The notes: generated from the sequence alone by a model not told the origin. Numbered from the whole stretch's first letter, positions 35,801 through 47,724 are shown. The stretch: DNA of 63,422 nt, filler included, from Vannella sp. (GCA_023345925.1; 8 parts of 8 records of this genome joined end to end with filler, not necessarily neighbours in it), one strand, 5' to 3'. Program-made: numbers and translations.

Positions 35801-38090
35801 CGTATGGCGGAGGTCAAGCGCAAGTTAGAAGAGGCTCGAATTGCAAGGGAGCGCAAGTTAGAAGAGCGTCGCTTAGTGGAAGCAGCGAAGGCTGCAGAAC
35901 AGCTCCGATTAGAAGAAGAAAAGCGACAGGAAGATCTTCGCCAGCAGGAGGAGCAGCGCATCGCTAAGCTCAAACTGGAGGAAGAAGAGCGAAAGGCTGA
36001 GCTTCTTCGAATTGCTGAGCGCAATCGAATTGAAACAGAACGATTGGCCCAAGAGCAGGAGAGAGCAGAGCAGGCCAGGAAGATTCGAGAGGAGGAGGAG
36101 CAAAGACTCGCAGAGGAGCAGAGACTTACTGAGCTCGCTCTACGGGAAGCCGAAGCTCGCCAGCTTCAAGAGCAGAAACTTGCCGAGGAGCAACGACTTC
36201 ATGAGATTGCTCTGAGAGAGGCTGAAGCTCGTCAGCTAGAAGAGGCTTGCATTGCGGAGGAGGCCAGAATTGCAGAGGAGCAGAAAGCAGCTGAAGAGCA
36301 ACGACTTGCGGAAGAGCAACGAATTGCCGAAAGACAACGCCAAGCTGAGGAGCAACGGCTTGCAGAAGAAAAGCGAGTTGCCGATATTGCACTTCGAAAG
36401 GCGGAAGCCCAACAGGTGGAGGAGGAGCGACGAGCTCAGAGAGCGAGAGAAGAAGAAGCTTCTCAGAGGCAATTTGAGGCTGAGGAGGCAATTCGTGTTC
36501 AAGAGGCCGAGATAAACAGGCAACAGGTCAAAGCCCGTGAAGCCGAAGCAATCCAAGCTGCCGCTTCCGCTCAGTCTGAAGAGCTCATGAAATTGGAGAG
36601 AGAACTCGAGGAAAAGCTCAAACAAACCAAACAACAGGCTGCTACACGGGAGACGGAAAGGCTTAAGACTGAGGCACTCAAACAACAACGCCAAAAAGAA
36701 GCACTCGCGGAGGTCAAGAAATTGGGCTTGTCAATTCCTCTATCTACTTTGGACGAAGAAGATGCCGCTGCAGGGATTAAAAAGACCAGTTCGAGTGGAA
36801 CGAGCAAACTCCGCCGGAGTACTTCCAAGAAGTCGTCGAAGACAGACGGGAAGCGGCGCTTAACTGAATCCAAGAAGGACGAAAGTAAGTCACAAGTCCG
36901 GAATTGACTGTTAAACTGACTCCATGCTAGCTAAGGAACGCATCTTGAAGGCTCAAAATGCAGTTCGCAAGCGTGTTGCGATGGAACTTCTGGAAACGGA
37001 ACGCAACTATGTCAAGAATCTTAAGACTGTCCAACAGCTCCTCATCAATCCTATTCAAGCTGCTGTAGTCAACGGTGCCCGAATCATGAAAGACTCTGAG
37101 TTCTACTCGTGCTTTGCGAACATTATTGAGATCCTGGATTCTCACTGCATCCTCTTGAGTGCTTTAGAGGAACGATTTGTAAATTGGGACGATGAATCCA
37201 GTGTTGGAGACATTTTCCTTGCTAAGGTAAGCCAGATGTCCTTTACTGTATCGCTGTGACTCAAAAGCCTGCAGATGAGTATGTTCTCTCCCTATCGCCA
37301 GTACTTGATGAATTACACAATCTCTATTGTGGCTCTGCGGGGAATGGTGACAAAGTATCAGCGCTTTGGGAAACTGGTGGATTTCTTTGAGCAGGCTCAG
37401 CAGCTAAGCTCACACCTTAACTTGGAGAGCTTCCTCATTATGCCTGTTCAACGAATTCCACGTTATTTGTTGCTGATGCGGGACATGCTCAAGTACACTC
37501 ATAAGCGACACACGGATTATCCGCTTTTGACCAAAGCAGTCGGGTTCCTTGGAATTGTCCTTCAAGAGCATAACAAGGGCATCGACTCGCAAGCTTCTGA
37601 TCACGCGCACAAGCTCCTTGCTATAGGGAATAGTATTGCAAACATCGAAGACATCGACGTGCAGGGAGGAGGGCTCGTTCAAAACGGTCGCCGATTCGTC
37701 TTTGAGGGCGAAGTATCTCTTAAACAGAAAGCCAAAGGAGCTCGCTCAAAGAGCATGAGAGTGGCTTCATCCACCCTTAAGAAGGTGGACGCCAGAGGCA
37801 CAACAGTGCCATACCTCTTCCTCTTCAATGACTGTTTAATGCATTGTGAGCAGCTCGTTTCCCACCGCGACGAATCGGATCGTCCCTTCATCTTCTCCAC
37901 TTTGCTCTATCTTGCAGATGTCAAACACATTCTGGAAGTTGAAAAAGAGCCGAAGACGATTCAGCTTCTAAAGGTGAACGAATCCTTATGGACTATCAAA
38001 ACAAAAACCGTTGAAGAGGCTCAGGAGTGGCTGAAGCATCTCCGCCAGGCTGTCCTCGCGATTAACACTCCCGCATTGGTAGCTCCATAA
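32813..38090 (+). CDS. RhoGEF: three calponin-homology domains, ~700-aa E/R/K/A-rich helix, DH-PH; multi-exon
   Basis: CH motifs (LKDGKLLC, LKSGEVLCNLIN, MENIGNYLKAC, ELTGWVNSQL); DH (ELLETERNYVKNL, LIMPVQRIPRYLLL); PH (YLFLFNDCL, EAQEWLKHL). Confidence 0.88.
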
Positions 38091-39003
38091 AGATTCACTT
38101 ACAAACTGGAAATGGGAAAGGTTCGGCTCGTCTTCGCAACCGGACACAACCTCTCCTTAGAAGGCCGAGTGGTCTTCGTGGTAGCATGTAGAACGATCAA
38201 TGCGTGTTGTGAATCAAGGCAATCACCACCGACGACTGCCCCCCAGAACTTGTCCGGGGCACGGAGGGAATGAGATTCGCTGATGAACTGAAGGAACCGC
38301 AAGGCCAGCGCTCGATTTCCAGAGAGCAAGTCCTCCGTAGCTTGCAATGTACTGCCTGACAATCCCTTCAGAAAGGGAGCAACCGCGCCAACGCAAACAC
38401 TAACACTGAACTGGGCGTTACACAGCGTGCAGAAAAGCTCACAGGCGCCAAGAGTACCATTTGAGCGAGGCGTTTCCTTCGACACGGTGCAAGAACTTGA
38501 GGACATCTACGGAAGAGGTTTCCTCTGCCAACGTGGCGAAGGGGAGGATTTTTATCGTTCAGGGGCTTTTTGACGGATCTCATTGTACTTAGCATCCCAA
38601 TCGAAGCCTCCGAAAAGAAAGAGGGCACCAGAGTGCACATTCCCGTTACTGTCAGCTCAGGTCCATTGGCTTCGACCGAAAGCATTCCCTTCGATCGAAT
38701 GCTGGCTCCCCATTTAGCCTGGAATTCTTCTTCCATAAACATTCCATTCTGACTCTACAAACTTGAGCAAACGACTCCGATTAAGACTCCTGAGAGGCTG
38801 TTGAAACTGTTTTGAGCGAAAGCAGCTGCTTCTTATGCAGTGAGACTTGAGTAAGATGTCCGTGTAAGTTGTTGAATACAAAATCAACCCACTGGGCTCA
38901 CAGTAGCGGCTTCTTTCGCTGAATAAACATTTTCTTTCACCCAGACTAAGAGGAATGGATTGCTACTTTATGAGACTCACAGCAGACGTTCACCTCGTTC
39001 GGC

Positions 39004-40440
39004 TTAGGCCTCACTCTTTTCAGTACAGGGCCGTTTAGGCTCCGGCTCATCTCCAATGAGGGGTCGCTTGGCTGCTGGCCCTCTGGGACGGATGATCAAG
39101 GCGGTGTTCAAGTGGACGCAATGAATCTCTCCAGGGAGAGCCTCGTTTCCTGTGTGCTCTATGTATTCAATCTCACTGAAGCTCAACTTCTTACCACCGA
39201 ACATCTCGTAGCCAACGAATACAACTTCTCTTTCAGGGATGAAGAAATCTTCCTCATTAACAAGCTCTTCGTCATTCATCCCCATCAACCGTTCCCACAA
39301 CGGAACCGAAATCTGCTCCACAATCGAAGACCACTGGTCGTAGTCGGGATCGCCTTCGTCGTACCAGGTTTTTCTGTCGATTCTAGAAGCAACGGTTATC
39401 ACTTCCAAAGAGAAACCGAGGTGATCTCTCAAATAATCCACCAACAGCAAGTCACAAGAATCGTGCAACGCATCCAACTTGTAAGTTTCCACCGCCTGCG
39501 GTGTATAACGGCCCCTGAGAAGCACTCCCAAGCAGCCAAGCTCATTTAGACGCTTCAGGAAGATCCCGTCAAAGTGTGGGAAGATCTTTTGTCTCTCCTC
39601 ATCAAGTTGCAGAAGTTCAATATCATTAAGATCGCGATCGATGGAGAAGGTTAGAGTCACTCTGCATCCAGACTTGACTTCCTCCACTTCATGCGGCACG
39701 GTGGAGAAGAAAGCAGCAAATTTGAACTTCTCCGGATCCGCAGACATGCGCTTCTCAATGCCATCCGCCGTCGTCATTCGCAGATCTCCTCCCGTGAAGG
39801 TTGTCGGGAACTGAACCACCAAGGATCCAACGGTGTTCGAAGAGTCGACGGGATGGTCAGTGTGCTCCTTGAAGAAGCCTCCAGGTCCGTAGATGTTCAA
39901 CTTGTAGGGCTTGAGCCTGTACTGGACCCAGTGTCTGTCAAACAAGCCCTGCAGAACTTGTTTAGCCTCTGTTTCAACACATACGATACTCCTTCCATCA
40001 TTGCAAACCCATTTGAAGTCCGAGAACTCGGTGGCGAGGCGCACTTCAGGATCCAAGCGATTGGCTTGTGCCTTCAGATCGCCAAACTTGGCAGGTGCAC
40101 CTAAATCCATCAACTGGAGAAATCCCTCTGTGTCGTTGTAGACCACGGCTTGATTCTGTTGGGGAACTTTGATTCCCGTGGGTGTACTATGGTCAGGACG
40201 GAACTCATCAAGAGACACTCCACTCTTCTTGATTGCAGCCTGCATCAGGTTGGCCATGAGGTGTTCGGCGTCTTCCTCCAATTCAGACTGACTAGGAGTG
40301 GCTCTGTCTGAGTCATAAGTATCGCTCATAATCACGTCTTCGAAGGACCGCTCCAGGTTACCGAGAACTCTGCTGCATCCTTGGAAGTCTCCTTTGATAA
40401 ATTTTGCTGCTGAAAGTGTGCGCTTCAACAATTGATCCAT
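39004..40440 (-). CDS. 2-oxoglutarate/Fe(II)-dependent dioxygenase (prolyl 4-hydroxylase-like fold); intronless
   Basis: YKLNIYGPGGFFKEHTD (HxD), GSLVVQFPTTFTGGDL, PHEVEEVKSGCRVTLTF (distal His and 2OG-binding Arg). Confidence 0.85.
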   Translation of the reverse strand: MDQLLKRTLSAAKFIKGDFQGCSRVLGNLERSFEDVIMSDTYDSDRATPSQSELEEDAEHLMANLMQAAIKKSGVSLDEFRPDHSTPTGIKVPQQNQAVVYNDTEGFLQLMDLGAPAKFGDLKAQANRLDPEVRLATEFSDFKWVCNDGRSIVCVETEAKQVLQGLFDRHWVQYRLKPYKLNIYGPGGFFKEHTDHPVDSSNTVGSLVVQFPTTFTGGDLRMTTADGIEKRMSADPEKFKFAAFFSTVPHEVEEVKSGCRVTLTFSIDRDLNDIELLQLDEERQKIFPHFDGIFLKRLNELGCLGVLLRGRYTPQAVETYKLDALHDSCDLLLVDYLRDHLGFSLEVITVASRIDRKTWYDEGDPDYDQWSSIVEQISVPLWERLMGMNDEELVNEEDFFIPEREVVFVGYEMFGGKKLSFSEIEYIEHTGNEALPGEIHCVHLNTALIIRPRGPAAKRPLIGDEPEPKRPCTEKSEA

Positions 40441-41641
40441 CAGGGAAGAAAAAAATGAGTCAAAAATGAGGGGCACCGCTGACAAGGTTCAATCCCCGGC
40501 AAGAACTTCCAGGAAGCGCTTCCAACTTTCTTGCTATTTGCAGGAGAGAGTAGGGATGCTGGTGTCGCCCACTTGGCTGAGAATCTTGAATTCCCTGTGC
40601 ATATGTGCCAGGGGACCATGGAATTAACACTACTCATGATAAAAAAGCTCTTTCTAGTGGTGTGTCGATCACTTCAATGCTGATCTCTCAATCGCTGAAA
40701 AACAGATCCTTTACTTGACGCCTTCTCCTGCAGTGGCATAAATGTCGCCGTGCCGTTCCCAAGTTGAGTAATTTTGATGTTTTTGGAGGAGTTCTCAATG
40801 AAGTTTTCGTCCCTCTTCATTACGGCAAGGTGATCAGCACTGGATGGAATTTCAAGCTATTGCACGCCGATTAAGAGTATAGTGGTCCTATTAGAACGGA
40901 GTCTGACATCCTTCTGTATCAGGAACGTATGGAAAGCATCCCCCAAGGCTCATTTGGAAAGCAGCTGCATCACTGAAATGGAAAGCAGCCGCATCCCTGA
41001 AAAAGCGCCCAAAATTTGGAAAGTCCTGTCGTGAGTGCGGTGAACCGCTTGAGAATGTGAATGGACGCTGGGAGTGTCCTTCTTATGGATGTGAATGATC
41101 ATGAGACCGGCAGGAGCCAAGGAGCAAAGAGACTTCACTCATTGAAGGTTGGCACTATAAAGAGGAGTTATAGGCCGAAGAATCTCCAAATCTGTGATTG
41201 AACGATTTGATTTCTTATCCAATGAAAAGACACCATTGTTGCCATAACCTTCTCACCTTGTCATCCTATCCACTGCTCCTTTTGGGTCTTTTCTGAAAAA
41301 CTTGAAGAAAAAGTTCCAGAATGGCAGACCCTCACCTCCTATCGGCTGCTCTCACTTGGTCTGCAATCTGATTATCCAGCAGGGTGGGGAGCAAAAGGGG
41401 CCCGCTTCTTATCTATGGTCTCCCAACCCCTCCCCAGAAACGAGGATGATGGAAGTTCATCCCAGAAAAAAAGACAAAAAGTTGCCCAATCCACCCATCA
41501 CTTTACGAATCACGCATTTCCGAAAATTCGACACTATTTGTGACACTCCTTGTGGAAAGATAAGACTTGGCCACCAAACATTGAAAAGGAAATGCCTTCT
41601 CCATTTATGGCAAAGGGGGAACGGAAAGAAAAGTGGTCTGA

Positions 41642-41714
41642 CGCCCACCGAGGGGCTCGAACCCTCGACCATACGGTTAAAAGCCGTACGCTCTACCAAC
41701 TGAGCTAGACGGGC
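41642..41714 (-). tRNA. tRNA-Lys (anticodon TTT)
   Basis: Reverse complement GCCCGTCTAGCTCAGTTGGTAGAGCGTACGGCTTTTAACCGTATGGTCGAGGGTTCGAGCCCCTCGGTGGGCG is a 73-nt cloverleaf with no encoded CCA and a TTTT run shortly downstream. Confidence 0.95.
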
Positions 41715-41750
41715 TTCTCAAATCGTCCTGGTAGGGAAATGATGCGAGGG

Positions 41751-41850
41751 NNNNNNNNNNNNNNNNNNNNNNNNNNNNNNNNNNNNNNNNNNNNTTAATT
41801 AATTAANNNNNNNNNNNNNNNNNNNNNNNNNNNNNNNNNNNNNNNNNNNN
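41751..41850. other. Artificial contig-joining spacer
   Basis: N44-TTAATTAATTAA-N44. Confidence 0.98.
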
Positions 41851-43433
41851 TTTGGGCTCGGAACTCAGGGTGCAGCTGCTCCGGGCATCAAGGTAGGGCA
41901 TCATTTCTTGAGGCGAGAATCTGCCATCTCACTCCACGACAGTGCCTCGAACGCGCAGCCATCTCTCGCAACACAGAATACTTTTGGACCCAATTCGTAC
42001 TCTGCCTCCTTAATGGGGGTAAAGAAGAGCGAGCACTGACTGTTATTGAGCAAATGCTGGAAGTGAATCCGAGTAAGTCACTTCTCGGGAAGCCTCTTCT
42101 CCTCACAGAAAGACAGAAAACGTGTTGATTTTACTTCTCGGAGTGAAGATTTGCATCAATCACTGCGGCAAAATCAAGCAGGCTGCTGCATTCGCCCAGC
42201 GAGCGGTTGACCTTTCTGTGGAGGAAGCTGAAAGCCACATTTATCGTGCCCGTGCTTCACACTACTTGGGAGTGTGTTACAGCAATTTGGCACTGCGGAT
42301 TCACTCGATTGACAGGAACAGTCTTCATCAAAAAGCCATCTCTGCTTATCAGACTGCTCTTCAGTTCAAGTGCGCCGACTATCTGTTCTTGTTCCATTGC
42401 GCTTTGGAGTATGCGGAGGTTCGCGATATTGTTGTTGCAAAGGAGTATTTGGAACGCTCAATGGCACTCAATGACGGGCATGGACCCTCATGCGTCCTGA
42501 TGGTTCTCCTCCTGACTTCCTTGAAGATGTACCAAGAAGCGTCAACGCTCTGTTCCGCCTCCATGAAGCTCCACAAAGATCCACAACTTTGGTATCTGAG
42601 CGCTGTTCTTGATATCCATCACAAGAAGCATCAAAAGGCTCTTGACACCATCCAAGCTCTTAGCTACATGGTCCAAAAGAAGGAGAGACTTAAAGGAGAG
42701 CCTTCAGAAGCGAGCACAGCAATCTCTGATGAGCAAGCTCTTTCCTCTGGCCTGATAACTCCTCGCGGACGTGTTGACGATGCCCCGCCCACCCAAACCG
42801 CCTCGGAATCATCCACTTCAGTTTTCGGAAAGACTCCTGGTAGGATCATCTTTCCTTTATTCCAGAGCTTCGCTCACTCCTCATAGATGTGAAAGTTCAC
42901 AAACAGTATCAAGATGAGATTGGAACGTTTGAGGTGTGGATGCTCCTCGCCCGGGTATTCACAGAGCTTCACCAGTATGATGATGCAAAGTCTTGTATTG
43001 AAGAGGCGTCACTCCTTCGACCCTTCCACCCTCAAGTGCCTTATCAACAAGCCATCATTCTAGAATTGCGCGGGAATCTGCTGGGAGCCTTTGCAAGCTA
43101 CAAAGAAGCGTTATGCTGTGATGTCAAGTGAGTATAATCGATTCCTATGTCCATGTAGGGCACTATCTCACAGTTGAATGCAACACCAGTCACGAGGACA
43201 GTTTAATGCAACTTGCTGAATTGAGTTTCCGACTGCAAAGCTCTGAGGCCGAGAGCTACGCCACAGAAGCAGTTCGAAACTTCCCATACAACGCTCGGGG
43301 ATGGTACTCTCTCAGCCAAATACTCTCCGCTGCCAACGACCACAACGCAGCCGCTACCTCTCTCGAAACTTTCCTCTCCATCGAAGAAACCACTCCCATT
43401 CTCCCCTTCTCTTGGATCAAGCGAACTCTTTGA
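41851..43433 (+). CDS. TTC7/Ypp1-like TPR protein, 3' part (5' truncated); multi-exon
   Basis: TPR repeats (LGVCYS, LFHCALEYAEVRDI, LMVLLLTS, VWMLLARVF) and C-terminal IEETTPILPFSWIKRTL typical of TTC7. Confidence 0.75.
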
Positions 43434-43569
43434 AACAAACAAATAAATTAATTCGTTTGGGGTTCATTGGCGGTCCTTTGAAGGTCACGTGACCCCTAGA
43501 GATTTCCAGGAAGTCATACAGCGCGAAGGTCGCTCGCTTTCTTTGTGTTTTGTCCTCAAGCCTCTCAAC

Positions 43570-44690
43570 ATGAGCACTGCCAAGAAGTCTATGATGCACG
43601 AGCCCTCCTACTACGCCAAATGCATGTTTGGTGGTGTCCTTGCTTGTGGTGTTACCCACGCTGCTGTTGTGTCTTTGGATGTGGCCAAATGCCGCGCTCA
43701 GGTTTGTGGCGCTTCTTTCTGCCTCTGTTGATGTGGCAGTTGCTTGAGTAACTCTCTCATTTCCTTCATAGGCTCACTCCAAGGCTGGACGCTGGCCCAA
43801 GGGTCTGGTTCCCGGCCTCCAGAAGATCGCTGCTGAGGAAGGCATCCGAGGACTCACTGCTGGTTGGGTTCCCACCTTGTTCGGGTTAGTTGACAAACTT
43901 ATGAACGAGCCTTGATCGTTCAACTCACCTTCTGTCCCTTCCAGTTATGGAGCTCAAGGTCTCTTCAAGTTCGGCCTTAACGAGTTCTTCAAGGATCTTT
44001 ACACTGGAGCTATTGGAGAGGAGAACCTCACTAGCAAGCCCGCCAAGATGGCCCTCTGGGCTGCTGCTTCCGGTTCCGCTGAGCTCTTCGCTGATGTTGC
44101 CCTCTGCCCATTCGAGATGACCAAGGTCCGCATGCAGGTCACCCTCCCTGGCGAGCCCCAACAACTCCCCCGCAAATTCATCCCCGCCGTCCAGTGGATG
44201 AAGGCGAACGCGGTCGACACCCGTTTCCCCTTCGGCTCTCTCGTCCCTCTCTGGGGTCGCCAAGGTAAGAAACACTCACCCAAACCAAAAGGACACCTCC
44301 TAAGCCACCGGCAAACTAGTTCCCTACACCATGATCAAGTTCGTTGGATTCTACTTGACCGCTGAGGCTATCTACAAGAACCTTGAGGGCAAGGGCATCA
44401 AGAAGTCTGATGTGTCCACCGGTGCTCAGCTGGGAATCACTTTCCTGTCTGGTTACTTTGCTGGTATCTTCTGCGCCATCGCCACCCAACCCATGGACAA
44501 CCTCGTGTCCATGAAGGGCATTGCCGAGAACAAGAACAAGGGATGGGGACAAATGGCTTCCGAAGTGGGAGCCAAGGATCTCTTCACCAAGGGCCTGGGC
44601 ACTCGTGTCCTCATGATCGGAACCCTTACTGGCCTCCAGTGGTGGATCTACGGATTGACCAAGAGCGCAATGGGCTTCGGAACTCAGTAA
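43570..44690 (+). CDS. SLC25A3: Mitochondrial phosphate carrier (SLC25A3/Pic2/Mir1 family); 4 exons
   Basis: GGVLACGVTH..SLDVAKCRAQ, GWVPTLFGYGAQGLFKFG, AELFADVALCPFEMTKVRMQ, PLWGRQVPYTMIKF, RVLMIGTLTGLQWWIY. Confidence 0.92.
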
Positions 44691-44787
44691 ACCGCCTCTC
44701 ATCCACCCTTTTATGGCCGCAACCAATAAAGCCGCCAATTCGTTCCACGAGACGTCATTCCTTACCTTCCCTCTCCCTGCCGGAGCC

Positions 44788-47724
44788 ATGCGCGCTCGCC
44801 ACAACTTACAGTCACGATCATCCAAGACTCCTTTCAGTAAGCAGTCCGTCCGCATCTTCGTGGTGCAGGAACGAGGAGAATCGCCCAACTTGTGGAGCAG
44901 CGGGGACGGCAGCGCGTTGCCTGCGCGATCGTCTTCCACTCGCACCATCCTGTATGATAGCCACCAAGAGCCCAGCATTCAACCTAAAGAGCCTTCCTCC
45001 CGAGAACGCCTGGAAGAGGCCGAGGAGCGGCGCCGGTTTCTCTCTTCCAAAGAGAACTTCCCACACCGATCACGCAAGCGGACACGGACCAGCTCTACCA
45101 TCTCTGATCATACGGGAGAGAATAGACAGGCAAGTGTCCCTGGTAGAAGCGCGTCCTACAGCATCGCTTCCTCAGAGCCCAAGGCGAAACGAGTCCCTCC
45201 GGTCGATGTTTCCACGATTGAGATGATCTTTGGAGCGAATGGAGGTTCAGTGGGGGATACCATTCATCTGAAGGTTCATCAGAGACCTCAAAGGCGACAA
45301 ATCATCCTCTCTATGATCTTCCGTTACACCCCCGAACCTCCTTGCTCCACATTCCCTCCATTCTATCCCGCTGCCACATGCCCTACGGATTCAGACATCG
45401 AAAGCTCTCGGTCTCCCTTATCTCCAGAGATGCCTTTCGCGCGTAGGAGCCAGGAAAGCGGTGGTGGAGTCTCGAGGAGGCGGTCTTTCTCCACTTCCTC
45501 AAGCCACTTTGATCCTTACTGCTCTGAAGGAAGCCTACCTTCTTCCTTTAGCCCTCACCAATCACCTTATACATCGGGAGCGTTCATGCCATTGTCCTTT
45601 GCCAAGTTAGAGAGCAAACCGGCTCCCTTGGAGACTCCATTCAACCAACCTCTCCCAGAACTCTCTCTAGAGGATATGGAAGTATCCCCACGGTCTAGTA
45701 TACGGACTAATCAGTCTGAACCGGTCCTCCAACGGAGGCAGGAGGCTAAAAGACCAGTTCTTATTGTGACTGGGCCAAACTCACCTTTCCAACCGCCCGA
45801 TGGAAGCGCCCCCTTTCGTCTGGCAGCTTACCCGTCCTCTATTGGGCGTCGAAGAACGCATTGGGGCGTCGCCCATCACATAAGCTGGCATCGGCAGCCC
45901 TTGGAATTGGATACAGAGGATTTGTTTGGCGGGGGATTGGGCCTTTCTCACGGGCAGCTACAATGCGGAGAGACTAGTGAAGAGGATGACGTGCACTCAG
46001 TGTGCTCTTCTCTTCCTGGTTCACCTGAACGAAGCCCACCAATGTCGCCTTATCATTCCGCATTGACGACGTCTGGATCCCTTCCAGACCTCTCCAGCAA
46101 TATGCTGAGTCCTCGACGGGACGAAGAGCCTCTCAATCCATTATCCGATACTCAAGCATGTAACATAGCTCTCAGTGTGGCTTTGGAACTCGTCCCCAAA
46201 AACTCCGCTGTGGAGGACTTAGTGAGTTCTCATTTCCCGCTCATCCAGTTCAGGTTCCGAGTTCTCCTTCAAATATTGTATCATTCTCTGAATGGTCTAT
46301 ATGAGAACCTCTCTTTTAGTGCCCCGGCTTCACCAGAGAATGGGCATGACTCTTTACACCCTCGGAGGGTGCCCGCTACCCTCTCTCTGTCCATCGAAGG
46401 GGAGTTCAAGGCGGCAGTTTCTGATTTCCAGAAGTTCTTTATGAGCTTAATGACGTTCCCTCGTCTTCAAAGGCCAGTTTGGCAGCAGATTCTGTCCTCC
46501 CCTTCAAAGCGCAAAAGCACTTTGTGTGAGTTTTTAACCGAGTTCTCTGCCCTTCGTACTTCGCTAGGAGGTTCTGCTTTCCTTTCTACCACCCTCACTA
46601 CTGTACTGGCTTGCCACTCTGGCTGGATCAGTTCGATTCATGCCCCAACGGGTCCTTTTTACCCTCCACAGACATCCCCTCTTGTTGCACAGCTCTCAGA
46701 ATTGTTTGGAAGCTCACCCAATGTCAACAGAACATGTAGGGTGGTTGTTGTTGGGGGGAACAGTCATCAAGTGAATGCACTTTTGTTTGTTTTAAGCTTC
46801 TTCCTCCGCTCTAGCTGCACCATTCAATACCAAGTGGCTGACGCGGATCTTCTGATACCCGAGGACTCTTTTGAAAGGCTAGGGAGAGCTGAGATAACTC
46901 CTCTCGCAACAAATAACGTCAATTCCAATTCAGAGGAAGGAATAGCTCCTCAGTGCTGCCAACTAGAACCTGTCGCAAGAAGTGGGAGTGTCATGAAGGA
47001 GAGCTCTCTCTCTACGAACCCTTACAAGTCGCTGGGAAGGTCTATGTTTGGTGCGTTTTGCAAGAACTATGCGAGCGATTTTGCTTTAATGGGAATGCAT
47101 TCTCGGAGCCTTTCTTCTTCCTCTGTTCTAGCTGAAAGAATATCTCGTGATTTGTGGGCTCAGTGCAAGTTTTGGCCCACTCACCCTGTCAAGATCGAAC
47201 CAGAAATCCCTTTCGAGCCTTTGTGTCCCAAATCTCTGATTCTTCGCAGTCCTGAAGCTGTTGCAGGGGAGGATGCTTACACTCTTGATAGCTCCTCTTG
47301 TATAGTGATCAACTTGGATGTGGAGTCTTGCGAGGTATTCACCTTCCAACCTCACTTCAGACCGAGTCCGCTTTTCGAAGGTCAATTGACTTGCAGCCTT
47401 CCCCGCTTCTTTATTCGCAAGCTTCATCGTGCAGGTCTAGTCACAGAAATGATAGATACTCTCGCTGGGATGTGGGAGATCGATCTCCCACCTGATATCT
47501 GTTTGGCCTACTTTGAAGAGCGACTGGCTCACCTTCATCATCGCTCTTGCCAACTCCGCCAGCTCCTGCTTGAAGACAATCCCAACGGAGAGGTATTCTC
47601 TTGTTCTCGGGCAGCAGCTGTCCTTAAACTTCCGAGCGCAGCGGATGCGGAGATGCTCGGCGTCCTTCAAGGACAAACCATCGGAACTTGCGTTGCCGAC
47701 TTTCTGCGCCCTTCGGGGCGTTGA
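44788..47724 (+). CDS. Folliculin-interacting protein (FNIP/Lst4)-like; intronless
   Basis: IEMIFG...LKVH (N domain), PRLQRPVW, TVLACHSGW, PLVAQLSELFG, RVVVVG...LLFVLSFFLRS (middle), LGRSMFGAFCKNY.SDFALMG (C domain). An upstream in-frame ATG at 44713 overlaps the previous gene's AATAAA. Confidence 0.82.
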   Translation: MRARHNLQSRSSKTPFSKQSVRIFVVQERGESPNLWSSGDGSALPARSSSTRTILYDSHQEPSIQPKEPSSRERLEEAEERRRFLSSKENFPHRSRKRTRTSSTISDHTGENRQASVPGRSASYSIASSEPKAKRVPPVDVSTIEMIFGANGGSVGDTIHLKVHQRPQRRQIILSMIFRYTPEPPCSTFPPFYPAATCPTDSDIESSRSPLSPEMPFARRSQESGGGVSRRRSFSTSSSHFDPYCSEGSLPSSFSPHQSPYTSGAFMPLSFAKLESKPAPLETPFNQPLPELSLEDMEVSPRSSIRTNQSEPVLQRRQEAKRPVLIVTGPNSPFQPPDGSAPFRLAAYPSSIGRRRTHWGVAHHISWHRQPLELDTEDLFGGGLGLSHGQLQCGETSEEDDVHSVCSSLPGSPERSPPMSPYHSALTTSGSLPDLSSNMLSPRRDEEPLNPLSDTQACNIALSVALELVPKNSAVEDLVSSHFPLIQFRFRVLLQILYHSLNGLYENLSFSAPASPENGHDSLHPRRVPATLSLSIEGEFKAAVSDFQKFFMSLMTFPRLQRPVWQQILSSPSKRKSTLCEFLTEFSALRTSLGGSAFLSTTLTTVLACHSGWISSIHAPTGPFYPPQTSPLVAQLSELFGSSPNVNRTCRVVVVGGNSHQVNALLFVLSFFLRSSCTIQYQVADADLLIPEDSFERLGRAEITPLATNNVNSNSEEGIAPQCCQLEPVARSGSVMKESSLSTNPYKSLGRSMFGAFCKNYASDFALMGMHSRSLSSSSVLAERISRDLWAQCKFWPTHPVKIEPEIPFEPLCPKSLILRSPEAVAGEDAYTLDSSSCIVINLDVESCEVFTFQPHFRPSPLFEGQLTCSLPRFFIRKLHRAGLVTEMIDTLAGMWEIDLPPDICLAYFEERLAHLHHRSCQLRQLLLEDNPNGEVFSCSRAAAVLKLPSAADAEMLGVLQGQTIGTCVADFLRPSGR

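Noticed and set aside
34400..36873. Many antisense Leu/Ser/Phe-rich ORFs
   Set aside because: Shadows of the E/R/K-rich coding strand; the same applies opposite midasin and the kinase-F-box tail.
38099..38742. Overlapping minus-strand ORFs of 135 and 124 aa
   Set aside because: No recognisable domain or convincing splice path; not called as genes.
41302..41703. ORFs overlapping the tRNA
   Set aside because: Incidental frames across tRNA-Lys and its flank.
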